A DNA stretch of 64,000 nt from Candidatus Enterousia sp. Lineage in GTDB: Bacteria > Pseudomonadota > Alphaproteobacteria > Rs-D84. Under the pieces are notes generated by a model. The model was not told the DNA's origin. It made no database searches and saw only the letters and a program-made list of their open reading frames with translations. Shown piece by piece: positions 1 to 8,292 of the stretch. Made by a program: the position numbers and the translations under genes. The DNA lies in assembly GCA_045530935.1 (NCBI GenBank), contig JAZSDC010000018.1, positions 1,724 through 65,723 on the forward strand, written 5' to 3'. Positions within the stretch are counted from its first letter, which is position 1, and each line of letters begins with the position of its first letter.

Positions 1-750
1 TTCCCGAATAATATTGTGTGTATGTTCTGTTGTATGCGTGATAAAGCAAACAGAATCATATTTATTATTTTCGTCGCCATCACTGAACCAATCGTGCGGG
101 GTGTCGCCCGGTTGAATTTCGCAAACTGAAAAATCAATAGAATCTTTTTTTATTCGTGCAGGTGTCCCTGTTTTCAGGCGCAATAACTTAAACCCAGCCG
201 CCGACAGAACACCCGATATATTTTTATCTGCCGCCTGGTATGTGCCATCGTCTTGCAATCGGCCTGATGAAATTTTTTCATCACCCCGCGTGACCACCCC
301 ACCCAGGAAAGTCCCAGTGGTCAGAATGATTGCGCGGGCCTGATATTTGTTGTTAACAATTGCATTTTGAATATCTAAATCTTCAACAGCTTCATATATA
401 ACATCCAGATTTTGGTATTCTTCCAAAATATCAACGATTGCATTGTGATACAAATCGCGGTCAATCTGGGCGCGCAAAGCCTGGGTTGCGGCACCATGTG
501 TTGCATTCAGTGTACGCCAATGAATTCCCGCCCGGTCGGCTGCGCGTGGCATAACACCGCCAAAAGCATCCATTTCTGCCACCATTTGTGATTTACCCGG
601 TCCCCCAATGCTGGGGTTGCATGACAATGCCCCCAGGTCAGATTTTGCCTGGGTCAACAACAGTGTCTTTGCGCCACGCCGTGCAGCGGCCGCAGCCGCT
701 TCGACCCCGGCATGTCCCCCACCGATAACAATCACATCATATTTTTGCAT
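1..750 (-). CDS. mnmG: tRNA uridine 5-carboxymethylaminomethyl modification enzyme MnmG/GidA, N-terminal 250 codons (the rest lies beyond the window start)
   Basis: My own minus-strand translation from the ATG (complement of 748-750) gives MQKYDVIVIGGGHAGVEAAAAAARRGAKTLLLTQ..LSCNPSIGGPGKSQMVAEMDAFGG. It has the FAD-binding GGGHAG motif and a GidA-like core. Absent from the ORF track because it runs off the edge. Confidence 0.85.
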   Translation of the reverse strand, partial: MQKYDVIVIGGGHAGVEAAAAAARRGAKTLLLTQAKSDLGALSCNPSIGGPGKSQMVAEMDAFGGVMPRAADRAGIHWRTLNATHGAATQALRAQIDRDLYHNAIVDILEEYQNLDVIYEAVEDLDIQNAIVNNKYQARAIILTTGTFLGGVVTRGDEKISSGRLQDDGTYQAADKNISGVLSAAGFKLLRLKTGTPARIKKDSIDFSVCEIQPGDTPHDWFSDGDENNKYDSVCFITHTTEHTHNIIRE

Positions 751-754
751 TGTT

Positions 755-1483
755 TTAGAAACGCCCCATACCGCCGTTTATATGTAATGTTTGACCGTTG
801 ATATATGCGGCCTCGTCCGAAGCCAAGAACACACATGCATTCGCGATATCTTCTGGTTCACCAAATCGTCCGGCTGGAATCTGTGACAGATATGTCTTTT
901 TTAATTCTTCGGGTAAAACATCTGTCATTGGTGTTTTGATAAATCCTGGCGCGATTGCATTGGCAGTGATACCACGGCTGCCAACCTCGGCTGCGATTGA
1001 TTTTGTCATTGCAATCATGCCACCTTTTGATGCGGCATAGTTCGCCTGACCCGGCCCGCCAATTGTACCGATAATAGATGCCATATTAATAATGCGCCCA
1101 AATCTGTTTTTCATCATTGGCATAATTGCTGCGCGACACATTTTAAAGCATGAACGCAGATTTGTATTAATAACATCGTCAAATTGTTCGTCTGTCATAC
1201 GCATCATCAGTGTGTCGCGTGTGATGCCGGCATTGTTAATCAAGATATCAATCTTACCCGCCTGTTCAATTGTATCCATCACCAGTTCAACTGCCGCGCC
1301 ATCTGTCGCCAGGTCGGCAGGAATTTTGATATATTCATCATCAAATTCTGCATCCATTTTTGCCTCATTGCGACCTGATACAACAACTGTTGCGCCGGCC
1401 TGTTTCATTTTTTTTGCGATTTCTGCCCCGATACCACCTGTTGCGCCTGTAATCAGTGCTACTTTACCTGTTAAATCAAACAT
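755..1483 (-). CDS. fabG: 3-oxoacyl-ACP reductase FabG (SDR family)
   Basis: 242 aa with TGATGGIG, NNAGITRD and YAASKGG motifs. Sits directly downstream of fabD. Confidence 0.9.
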   Translation of the reverse strand: MFDLTGKVALITGATGGIGAEIAKKMKQAGATVVVSGRNEAKMDAEFDDEYIKIPADLATDGAAVELVMDTIEQAGKIDILINNAGITRDTLMMRMTDEQFDDVINTNLRSCFKMCRAAIMPMMKNRFGRIINMASIIGTIGGPGQANYAASKGGMIAMTKSIAAEVGSRGITANAIAPGFIKTPMTDVLPEELKKTYLSQIPAGRFGEPEDIANACVFLASDEAAYINGQTLHINGGMGRF

Positions 1484-1485
1484 GA

Positions 1486-2361
1486 TTATATCTCCAACTT
1501 TTTTGCAGTTATTTTATCTGTAATGCGTGAACACAGACCTGTCAGCACACTGCCCGGTCCAACTTCTATCATTTCTGTAATTCCCATTTCTGCCATATTC
1601 AAGACACTTTCGCGCCAGCGCACACCATGTGTTATTTGATGCAGTAACGCATCTTTGATTTCATTAACATTTGCCAATGGCGCGCATGTTTTGTTTGAAA
1701 TCAGCGGTACAGACGGCGCGTAGAATTTCACATTATCCAATGCTACGCGCATCGCAGCCACCGCAGGCTGTTGTGCGCGACAATGAACCGGTACCGATAA
1801 TGCTAACGGCATTGCACGCTTTGCGCCACGAACCTTGGCAACTTCTAATGTTTTTTCTACCACTTCTTTCAGTCCAGAAATCACAACCTGACCTGGCGAA
1901 TTGTCGTTTGCAACATCACAGTCTGTATCGGCACAAATTTCACGCACCGCATCTATATCCAGCCCCAGTATAACCGCCGTCATCCCTGACCCAACTGGTA
2001 CTGCGCTTTGCATAGCGTTTCCGCGTGCGCGCAACAATTTTGCCGCATCACCAACAGATAACGCGCCCGCCGCGCACAGTGCGGTATATTCACCCAACGA
2101 ATGTCCGGCGACATATTCCGGCAGTTTTGCGCCACTTGCGCGCAACATTGCGATGGATGTTGCCATAATTGCCGGCTGAACATTTGCAGTCAATGTTAAT
2201 TCTTCGGCAGGACCATTAAAAATAATATTTGATAATTTTTCGTCTAATGCCGCATCAACTTCGTCAAATACTGCACGTGCCGCCGCGTTGTTTTCATATA
2301 ATTCGCGTCCCATACCAACGCTTTGTGCGCCCTGGCCCGGGAATACAAATACCGATGACAT
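1486..2361 (-). CDS. fabD: malonyl-CoA:ACP transacylase FabD
   Basis: 291 aa starting FVFPGQGAQ.., with the GHSLGEY active-site motif. Confidence 0.9.
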   Translation of the reverse strand: MSSVFVFPGQGAQSVGMGRELYENNAAARAVFDEVDAALDEKLSNIIFNGPAEELTLTANVQPAIMATSIAMLRASGAKLPEYVAGHSLGEYTALCAAGALSVGDAAKLLRARGNAMQSAVPVGSGMTAVILGLDIDAVREICADTDCDVANDNSPGQVVISGLKEVVEKTLEVAKVRGAKRAMPLALSVPVHCRAQQPAVAAMRVALDNVKFYAPSVPLISNKTCAPLANVNEIKDALLHQITHGVRWRESVLNMAEMGITEMIEVGPGSVLTGLCSRITDKITAKKLEI

Positions 2362-2390
2362 ATTTTGCCTTTTGTTAAATTATAATGGCA

Positions 2391-2936
2391 TTATACTTTA
2401 CGAATACTAAATTCGCAACCGCAATAATTTTGCCGATAAAAATCGGATTCGCGATTTATTTTTACGCGTAAATTTTCATCCCACCTAACAGGCATATAAG
2501 AAATATCAGTGCATGCATTATTGGCTGCATTATCAACCTGACTCTGGTCTTTGTGGCGTGATACGCCCAGCACGCTTGCGATTGCATTATATCCATTTTC
2601 ATGTGCAAATTTTACCGCACGGCGAAATCTATATTCAAAGCACAACGAACAACGTGCCCCACGTTCAGGCACATTTTCAAAACCACGTACTGCATCGCGC
2701 CATTCATCGTGGTCATATTCCAGAACCGCGTATTTCACACCAACACTTTGGCAGTATTTAATTTGTTCGTGCATGCGTTTAGTATATTCTGATTCCGGAA
2801 AGATATTTGGGTTATAAAACAGAACAATAAAATCTTCTATGCCATCAATTGCACCATTTACCAATTGACGAATTGCGCCCGCAGAACATGGGGCGCAACA
2901 AGACAATAATACAACGCGTAAATTTTTATCTGACAT
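2391..2936 (-). CDS. queH: epoxyqueuosine reductase QueH (DUF208)
   Basis: LLSCCAPCS and FYNPNIFPESEY motifs plus C-terminal CGC. I prefer the internal ATG (MSDKNLRVV) at 2936 over the 2960 ORF start. Confidence 0.75.
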   Translation of the reverse strand: MSDKNLRVVLLSCCAPCSAGAIRQLVNGAIDGIEDFIVLFYNPNIFPESEYTKRMHEQIKYCQSVGVKYAVLEYDHDEWRDAVRGFENVPERGARCSLCFEYRFRRAVKFAHENGYNAIASVLGVSRHKDQSQVDNAANNACTDISYMPVRWDENLRVKINRESDFYRQNYCGCEFSIRKV

Positions 2937-3474
2937 GTTGTAATAATTCAACCAGTGCATCAGGCAGCTTATTGGTTTTTTCTGGGAATATTTGATTCAA
3001 ATTGGAATCGACAACAATATCATTGCTGTTCAGTTTTTTCCATCCTTGTGTTTCTTTTGTTGTGAATATTCTTTTACCACTCCACTTATTTAATGTAACG
3101 TTGTCGTGTGTGGTTGAGTATGTTTTTATTGATGGTGCATCCAAATCTTCGGGCAACAGAATAATCGGTGTTAATTCTGTATTTGGTTTTTCTTTAGAAA
3201 TTTCGCGCGGTGTTGTAATTTTATCTGCGATTAAGAATTCTGCGCTTGTTTTGCTGATAGTGTATATTGGAAATCCTGTTCGGATATTATATTTCTCGTT
3301 TGCAATTGTAATCTGCATAGAATACACATTGCTTAATTTAGAAAAATCATTAATTGCTTTTTTTATTTCGTCTAAATTAGAAACAATTGCATTGATTTGC
3401 GTTTTATTACCGTACAAACGAATTGTGCATGTTTGTCTTTGTTCAAAACGGTCACTATTTAATCTGTCTAACAT
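2926..3474 (-). CDS. hypothetical protein (182 aa), AT-rich, no recognisable motif
   Basis: Long ORF in the same orientation as its neighbours, overlapping the queH start by 11 nt. No signal peptide or known motif seen. Confidence 0.5.
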   Translation of the reverse strand: MLDRLNSDRFEQRQTCTIRLYGNKTQINAIVSNLDEIKKAINDFSKLSNVYSMQITIANEKYNIRTGFPIYTISKTSAEFLIADKITTPREISKEKPNTELTPIILLPEDLDAPSIKTYSTTHDNVTLNKWSGKRIFTTKETQGWKKLNSNDIVVDSNLNQIFPEKTNKLPDALVELLQHVR

Positions 3475-3541
3475 TATTAAAGTCCTTTATTTTTTTGGCG
3501 CCTTATCATAACATAAGAATTCGATACCGCAACCAAAAAAC

Positions 3542-5533
3542 TTATTTTAATTTATATTCTGCACCAACAATTGCATCTGAGCCCAGTTCAATAATATTGT
3601 TATCGTCCGCACCTGTGCCAATTTCTGCCGCACTGCACATCATGCCAAAAGATTCAACCCCTGCAACGGTGCGTTGTGCCATCGGCTTTTTTGCGCCGGG
3701 CAACCTGCATCCAACCGGTGCCAGAACGCCACGCAACCCAACGCGAACATTTGGTGCGCCGCACACAACCTGAATGGGCGCGTCACCTGCATTAACAGAC
3801 AGGATATGTAAATCATCACGCGATGGGTGGTCTTTGACCTCTATGATTTCTGCAACAACCAGTTTGGGCGAATTGTCTTCTACCTTTGGTGTGTATTTTT
3901 CTGTTAATTTTGCAACTGTTTCATCATCAATTCGGTTAAACAGATTTTCTGGTACAACAAATTCTGCACCATCTGCAATGCGTGCCACGAACTTTTCAGG
4001 CCAACTCAGGTCATTTTGCGCCACAAAAACATTCTGCATTTTTTCAGCTGTCTCCGGGATAAATGGCGCAGATACACGCGCATACAGGTCAATTAACTGA
4101 AAACATTTATTCAACGCATTCCCTGCACTTGCCATATCGCCATTTTTAACCAATACCCACGGTTCCATTTTTGTCATGTATTCATTCCCAATCGCATATA
4201 ACCCGCGCAGTGCCGCAATCGCGTTGCGAAATTCACATGCATCCAACGCAGATGTCAGTTCAGATAATTTTTCATTAATCTGTGATTCCAGTTCTGTGTC
4301 CCATTCGCCCGCCGCCGGAACATTTGTGCCAAAGTTTTTCGCGGTCAGTTTACATACACGACTAACAAAGTTTCCCAACATGCCATTCAGGTCTTTGTTA
4401 ACAATATCGGCAAATCGCGCAATTGTGAAATCTGTGTCATCTGTTTCCGGTGCCGACGCCAGCAACGCATAACGCCACGCGTCCGCCGGTGCGTCGTTAA
4501 TTGCTTCGTTCAAGAAAATGCCATTCCCAGTTGATTTTGAAATTTTTGCGCCATTAAAATTCAAGAAGTTAAAGCCTTTCAATATATCAACAGTTTTCCA
4601 GTTGTCATTCATTGCCAATTCTTGCGCTGGGAAAAATATCGAATGGAAGGACACATTGTCTTTGGCCATAAACTGAGCGTATTTAACATCATCACCACCA
4701 TGCCACCAATCTGCCCAGTTTTCATTTGCAGCCTGTGAAATTGAAACATATCCCCATGGTGCATCAAACCAAACATAGAATACTTTGTTTTCGTATCCTG
4801 GTTTGTTTACCGGTATTCCCCATTTCAGATCGCGTGTAATTGGACTGTCGTGTAAACCTTCGTCCAACCATTTGTTTGCTATTGCCATTGCTGTTCTGGA
4901 CCAACCGACACGTGAATTAATCCATTCGCGCAGTTTGTCTTGCATTGCACTGGTTCGGAAATAAAGGTGTTTGGTTTCGCGCATTTCAACCGGTGAATCA
5001 GGTGTAATTGCGCTGTGTGGATTAATCAACTGTTCTGGTTCCAGTGTTGCGCTACATTTTCCACATTCATTTCCATATGCGCCATCAAAGCCGCATTTTG
5101 GGCATGTCCCAATAACAAAACGATCAGCCAAGAACATTTGTTCATTTACAGAATACGGTTGCATAGATGTTTTTTCAACCAACATTCCTTGCTCATCCAA
5201 ACGCTTGAACAAAGATTGGATTAAATCTGCGTGCTTTTGTGTATGTGTACGTCCATATATATCAAAAGATAAATTAAAATCACGCACAGATTGTTCGTGT
5301 GCTGTGCGATATTTATCAACATACTGTTCAATTGGCATATTTTCTTTTCTGGCACCAACTTCACTGGTTGTACCGTGTTCGTCTGCCCCGCAAACATACA
5401 ATACATCACGTCCCATTGCGCGACAGAAACGCGCATACACATCAGACGGCAACCAGCAACCAATCAAATGCCCAATGTGCAGATTGTTATTAACATACGG
5501 CAGTGCAGATGTAATCAAATATTTTTTCGTCAT
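3542..5533 (-). CDS. metG: methionyl-tRNA synthetase with C-terminal tRNA-binding (EMAP-like) domain
   Basis: 663 aa with the HIGH variant NLHIGHL, KISKS, a Zn knuckle CPKCG..CGKC, and a C-terminal VVCGAPN tRNA-binding domain. Confidence 0.95.
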   Translation of the reverse strand: MTKKYLITSALPYVNNNLHIGHLIGCWLPSDVYARFCRAMGRDVLYVCGADEHGTTSEVGARKENMPIEQYVDKYRTAHEQSVRDFNLSFDIYGRTHTQKHADLIQSLFKRLDEQGMLVEKTSMQPYSVNEQMFLADRFVIGTCPKCGFDGAYGNECGKCSATLEPEQLINPHSAITPDSPVEMRETKHLYFRTSAMQDKLREWINSRVGWSRTAMAIANKWLDEGLHDSPITRDLKWGIPVNKPGYENKVFYVWFDAPWGYVSISQAANENWADWWHGGDDVKYAQFMAKDNVSFHSIFFPAQELAMNDNWKTVDILKGFNFLNFNGAKISKSTGNGIFLNEAINDAPADAWRYALLASAPETDDTDFTIARFADIVNKDLNGMLGNFVSRVCKLTAKNFGTNVPAAGEWDTELESQINEKLSELTSALDACEFRNAIAALRGLYAIGNEYMTKMEPWVLVKNGDMASAGNALNKCFQLIDLYARVSAPFIPETAEKMQNVFVAQNDLSWPEKFVARIADGAEFVVPENLFNRIDDETVAKLTEKYTPKVEDNSPKLVVAEIIEVKDHPSRDDLHILSVNAGDAPIQVVCGAPNVRVGLRGVLAPVGCRLPGAKKPMAQRTVAGVESFGMMCSAAEIGTGADDNNIIELGSDAIVGAEYKLK

Positions 5534-5657
5534 ATTATGCCCTTTTATTTAACCTGGAAATTATAAATCAAATTTAGAATAAATCAATATTAATAAAAAG
5601 CTTGAAAATTCAAAAGATTATAGTAGATTTGTGCATATACAAAACACAGGATTAAAC

Positions 5658-6167
5658 ATGCAACCTAAACAAGATTTAGACAAGAACACGATAATCTACC
5701 TGGTTAACGAGATTACCAAACACCAAGGCGTCAAAAATGTCCCGGTTGTAAAGTTGGGGCGTTTGATGTATCTGCTGTGGCTAGAATACGCGTCCTTGCA
5801 ACCCGGTTTGTCATTCCCGCCAAAATCCCCAATGGCAAATATGCAGTTTGTAAATTATGAACGTGGCCCGGCCGAGGCGATAAGCTCCGACAACTATGAA
5901 ACAATAAAAAATATAATATTGTCTGGTCGGATTCCAACCTTTGCACAGACCCAATTTGGCGCGCGTGAAAAGATTCATCTGGAACAGGCATTTGAAACCG
6001 TTCGCAATTGTTATTCTGCACATCGTGCAACAGATTTGTGTGATTTTATTATGTATGATTTACCAACATGTTTGCACAAGCCCAAGATTTCAGACCTGCA
6101 CATGACCGAACGTGAATTTGCACACGAATTGCGGGTGTTTATGCGTAATCGTAAAAAGTTGAAATAA
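5658..6167 (+). CDS. hypothetical protein, possible Panacea/SocA-like (DUF4065) domain protein
   Basis: AGGA RBS 6 nt before the ATG at 5658 (the track start at 5631 is GTG). VVKLGRLMYLLWLEY..FVNYERGP..YSAHRATDLCDFIMYDLP resembles the DUF4065 pattern from memory only. Confidence 0.45.
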   Translation: MQPKQDLDKNTIIYLVNEITKHQGVKNVPVVKLGRLMYLLWLEYASLQPGLSFPPKSPMANMQFVNYERGPAEAISSDNYETIKNIILSGRIPTFAQTQFGAREKIHLEQAFETVRNCYSAHRATDLCDFIMYDLPTCLHKPKISDLHMTEREFAHELRVFMRNRKKLK

Positions 6168-6169
6168 AA

Positions 6170-6196
6170 AACACCGGCATTTGCCGGCCTTTTTAT
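6170..6196. terminator. rho-independent terminator hairpin
   Basis: CCGGC-ATTT-GCCGG stem-loop flanked by an A-run and a T-run. Follows the 5658-6167 CDS on + and the tRNA-like element on -. Confidence 0.6.
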
Positions 6197-6221
6197 TATT
6201 TCTGGTGGGTGGTATTGGACT
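6192..6221. repeat. 30-nt perfect direct repeat, copy 1 (tRNA-Val 3' end plus downstream spacer)
   Basis: tttattatttctggtgggtggtattggact is identical to 6361-6390. Confidence 0.9.
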
Positions 6222-6327
6222 GGTCTGGCGACCGCACAGGCGCAAATCGGCATAGACCGACCGCGATACACATGTATCGCTTTTGCTGGTTGTCGAACCA
6301 ACCTGTTGGTTCTTGCGTCCACCACCC
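6203..6327 (-). pseudogene. tRNA-Val-derived degenerate copy or tRNA-like RNA (125 nt)
   Basis: The minus strand reads GGGTGGT..GGTTGGTTCGA[~73 nt insert]GTCCAATACCACCCACCA. It keeps both acceptor halves, both T-arm halves, CCA and the same 3' spacer as the intact tRNA-Val-GAC. The D and anticodon arms are missing, and an insert sits in the T-loop. Confidence 0.55.
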
Positions 6328-6338
6328 AAATCACAAAT

Positions 6339-6360
6339 AAAAAACCGGGGTAAACCCCGA
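6339..6360 (-). terminator. terminator hairpin downstream of tRNA-Val-GAC
   Basis: The minus strand shows CGGGG-TTTA-CCCCG followed by TTTTTT. Confidence 0.6.
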
Positions 6361-6390
6361 TTTATTATTTCTGGTGGGTGGTATTGGACT
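6361..6390. repeat. 30-nt perfect direct repeat, copy 2 (3' end of the intact tRNA-Val plus spacer)
   Basis: Identical to 6192-6221. Confidence 0.9.
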
Positions 6391-6448
6391 CGAACCAACG
6401 ACCTTTACGATGTCAACGTAACGCTCTAACCAACTGAGCTAACCACCC
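6372..6448 (-). tRNA. tRNA-Val (anticodon GAC), CCA encoded
   Basis: Hand-folded cloverleaf: GGGTGGT/ACCACCC acceptor, GCTC/GAGC D stem, TTACG-TTGACAT-CGTAA anticodon arm, GTTGG-TTCGAGT-CCAAT T arm. Confidence 0.9.
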
Positions 6449-6492
6449 AAAACTATTCAAAACTGCGCACATTATAACAAAGAAAATTATAA

Positions 6493-6522
6493 TTGCAAAT
6501 GATATTTGCCATGGGATATAAT
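6493..6522 (+). promoter_or_regulatory. sigma70-like promoter
   Basis: TTGCAA (6493-6498), 18-nt spacer, TATAAT (6517-6522). Confidence 0.5.
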
Positions 6523-6528
6523 ACCGAT

Positions 6529-6700
6529 TGTAATGGGGAACCCGTAATGCGAGATTAGAACTCTCGCCCAACAGTCGTCTGCGCAGACGTTAATTGCTCC
6601 AACTCGTGGTTGGAGGGCGGTAAATATATTGAATAGCCGCTGAGCATACTGTTGTGCAAAGTTCTAACCTCCAACCACCCCATTATGGTGTGGTTTTTTG
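6529..6700 (+). promoter_or_regulatory. structured ~170-nt leader RNA or sRNA with terminator/antiterminator alternatives, upstream of the small HTH gene
   Basis: Nested helices: taatgggg(6531-38)/ccccatta(6678-85), ttagaac(6555-61)/gttctaa(6661-67), caacagt(6569-75)/actgttg(6648-54). Perfect 11-bp gtggttggagg(6606-16)/cctccaaccac(6668-78). Terminator ccacccc-atta-tggtgtgg plus T6 (6675-6699). Confidence 0.45.
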
Positions 6701-6725
6701 TTTTAGAAAAAAATGGGGGCTAAAA

Positions 6726-6914
6726 ATGACATTGGGGCGCGAAATAGAATCAGTTCGTCTGTTGCGAAATTTATCTGTTCTTGATGTTTGTAATGCCATG
6801 GGAATCAGCGAATCTGAATATAACCGCATGGTTGTGCATCAATATTATCCAACTGTTTTTCAATTAATAATGTTTGTGTCCCTGGCCGAACATCCCCTGG
6901 AATCTTCGTTATAA
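6726..6914 (+). CDS. small XRE-family helix-turn-helix protein (62 aa)
   Basis: GGGGG RBS before the ATG at 6726. LRNLSVLDVCNAMGISESEYNRM is an HTH_3-like segment. I reject the upstream GTG extension at 6654 because it overlaps the leader terminator. Confidence 0.55.
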   Translation: MTLGREIESVRLLRNLSVLDVCNAMGISESEYNRMVVHQYYPTVFQLIMFVSLAEHPLESSL

Positions 6915-6940
6915 AAAAAGCCGGCATTTACCGGCTTTTT
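6913..6940. terminator. bidirectional rho-independent terminator
   Basis: AGCCGG-CATTTA-CCGGCT with an A-run upstream and a T-run downstream, between convergent genes. Confidence 0.7.
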
Positions 6941-6942
6941 CG

Positions 6943-8289
6943 TTAATCTTTTTTCAGATGTTTTTCCAACCATTTGTTATCAAAGTTTAACTGTTTTACA
7001 TCTTTGTTATTTAACAGCTTTCTTTGCAGCGGAATGGTTGTTTTTACCCCTTCGATAACAAATTCATCCAACGCACGTTGTGCGCGCATAATACAAGCAG
7101 GTCTATTTTGTGCGTGGATAATCAGTTTTGCAATCATAGAGTCATATGTTGGCGGAATTGTATATCCGGTATAAACTGCGCTGTCCACACGTACCCCCAT
7201 ACCACCAGATGGTGCGTATAATGTTATTTTTCCAGGGGTTGGAACAAATGTTTCTGGGTCTTCAGCATTGATACGAAATTCAATAGCGTGCCCATTTGGA
7301 ATAACGTTTGATTGGTTGTACCCCAGCTTTTCACCGGCGGCGACACGAATTTGTTCGCGTACTAAATCCACGCCGTACACCATTTCTGTGACTGGGTGTT
7401 CCACCTGCAGGCGTGTATTCATTTCCAAGAAATAGAATTTACCGTCTTCGAACATAAATTCAAAAGTCCCCGCATTTGTATATCCCATTTTTTTTGCAGC
7501 GGCTTTGCAAATCTCTATCATATCATCGCGTTGTTTCTGTGATAATATTGCAGCAGGACATTCTTCCATAACCTTTTGATTACGTCTTTGTAATGAACAA
7601 TCACGTTCACCAAATATAACGACATTGCCATGTTTATCACCCAGAACTTGGAATTCAATATGTCGCGGATGTGTTAACAGTTTTTCCATATACAATGTAT
7701 CGTCGCCGAATGCAGATTTTGCCTCTTTTTTTGTAATGTTGTATGCTTCGGTCATGTCATCAGCGGTCATAACGGGGCGCATGCCACGTCCACCACCGCC
7801 TGCAGCGGCCTTTAACATAACCGGATATCCGATTTTTTCAGCAACGCTGATTGCGTGTTCAAGACTTTCTATTGCACCATCAGAACCTGGAACTACCGGC
7901 AGACCACATTCGATTGCGGTACGTTTTGCGTTAACTTTGTCGCCCATTTTTTCAATCATATCTGGTGATGGTCCAACCCAGATTATACCGTGTTGCTCAA
8001 CCTTGAGTGCAAAGTCTGCACGTTCGCTTAAAAATCCGTATCCAGGGTGTATCGCATCTGCATTTGCCAACAGTGCGGCTGTTAAAATCGCGGATTCATT
8101 TAAATAGGAATCACGCGCAGGCGCAGGGCCGATACACACCGATTCATCCGCCAGTTGTACATGCATTGCATCTCTGTCTGCAGTTGAATAAACGGCAACT
8201 GTACGAATTCCCATATCGCGACATGCGCGAATAATACGCAGGGCGATTTCCCCACGATTTGCAATTAATACTTTTTTTATTTGTGGCAT
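6943..8289 (-). CDS. accC: acetyl-CoA carboxylase biotin carboxylase subunit
   Basis: 448 aa with KVLIANRGEIA, the ATP-grasp segment GGGGRGMR and EMNTRLQVEHPVTE. Confidence 0.95.
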   Translation of the reverse strand: MPQIKKVLIANRGEIALRIIRACRDMGIRTVAVYSTADRDAMHVQLADESVCIGPAPARDSYLNESAILTAALLANADAIHPGYGFLSERADFALKVEQHGIIWVGPSPDMIEKMGDKVNAKRTAIECGLPVVPGSDGAIESLEHAISVAEKIGYPVMLKAAAGGGGRGMRPVMTADDMTEAYNITKKEAKSAFGDDTLYMEKLLTHPRHIEFQVLGDKHGNVVIFGERDCSLQRRNQKVMEECPAAILSQKQRDDMIEICKAAAKKMGYTNAGTFEFMFEDGKFYFLEMNTRLQVEHPVTEMVYGVDLVREQIRVAAGEKLGYNQSNVIPNGHAIEFRINAEDPETFVPTPGKITLYAPSGGMGVRVDSAVYTGYTIPPTYDSMIAKLIIHAQNRPACIMRAQRALDEFVIEGVKTTIPLQRKLLNNKDVKQLNFDNKWLEKHLKKD

Positions 8290-8292
8290 TTT

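Noticed and set aside
6203-6327. Possibility that the tRNA-like element is a miniature or two-piece tmRNA
   Set aside because: It has no tag-like reading frame ending in a stop in any frame. It is far too short. The insert sits in the T-loop rather than replacing the anticodon arm. The 3' 30 nt are an exact copy of tRNA-Val rather than a tRNA-Ala-like acceptor with a G3:U70 pair.
6011-6398. 107-aa and 102-aa minus-strand ORFs spanning the tRNA-Val scar region
   Set aside because: They run through two terminator hairpins, the tRNA-like element and the 3' end of tRNA-Val, and overlap the better-supported plus-strand CDS.
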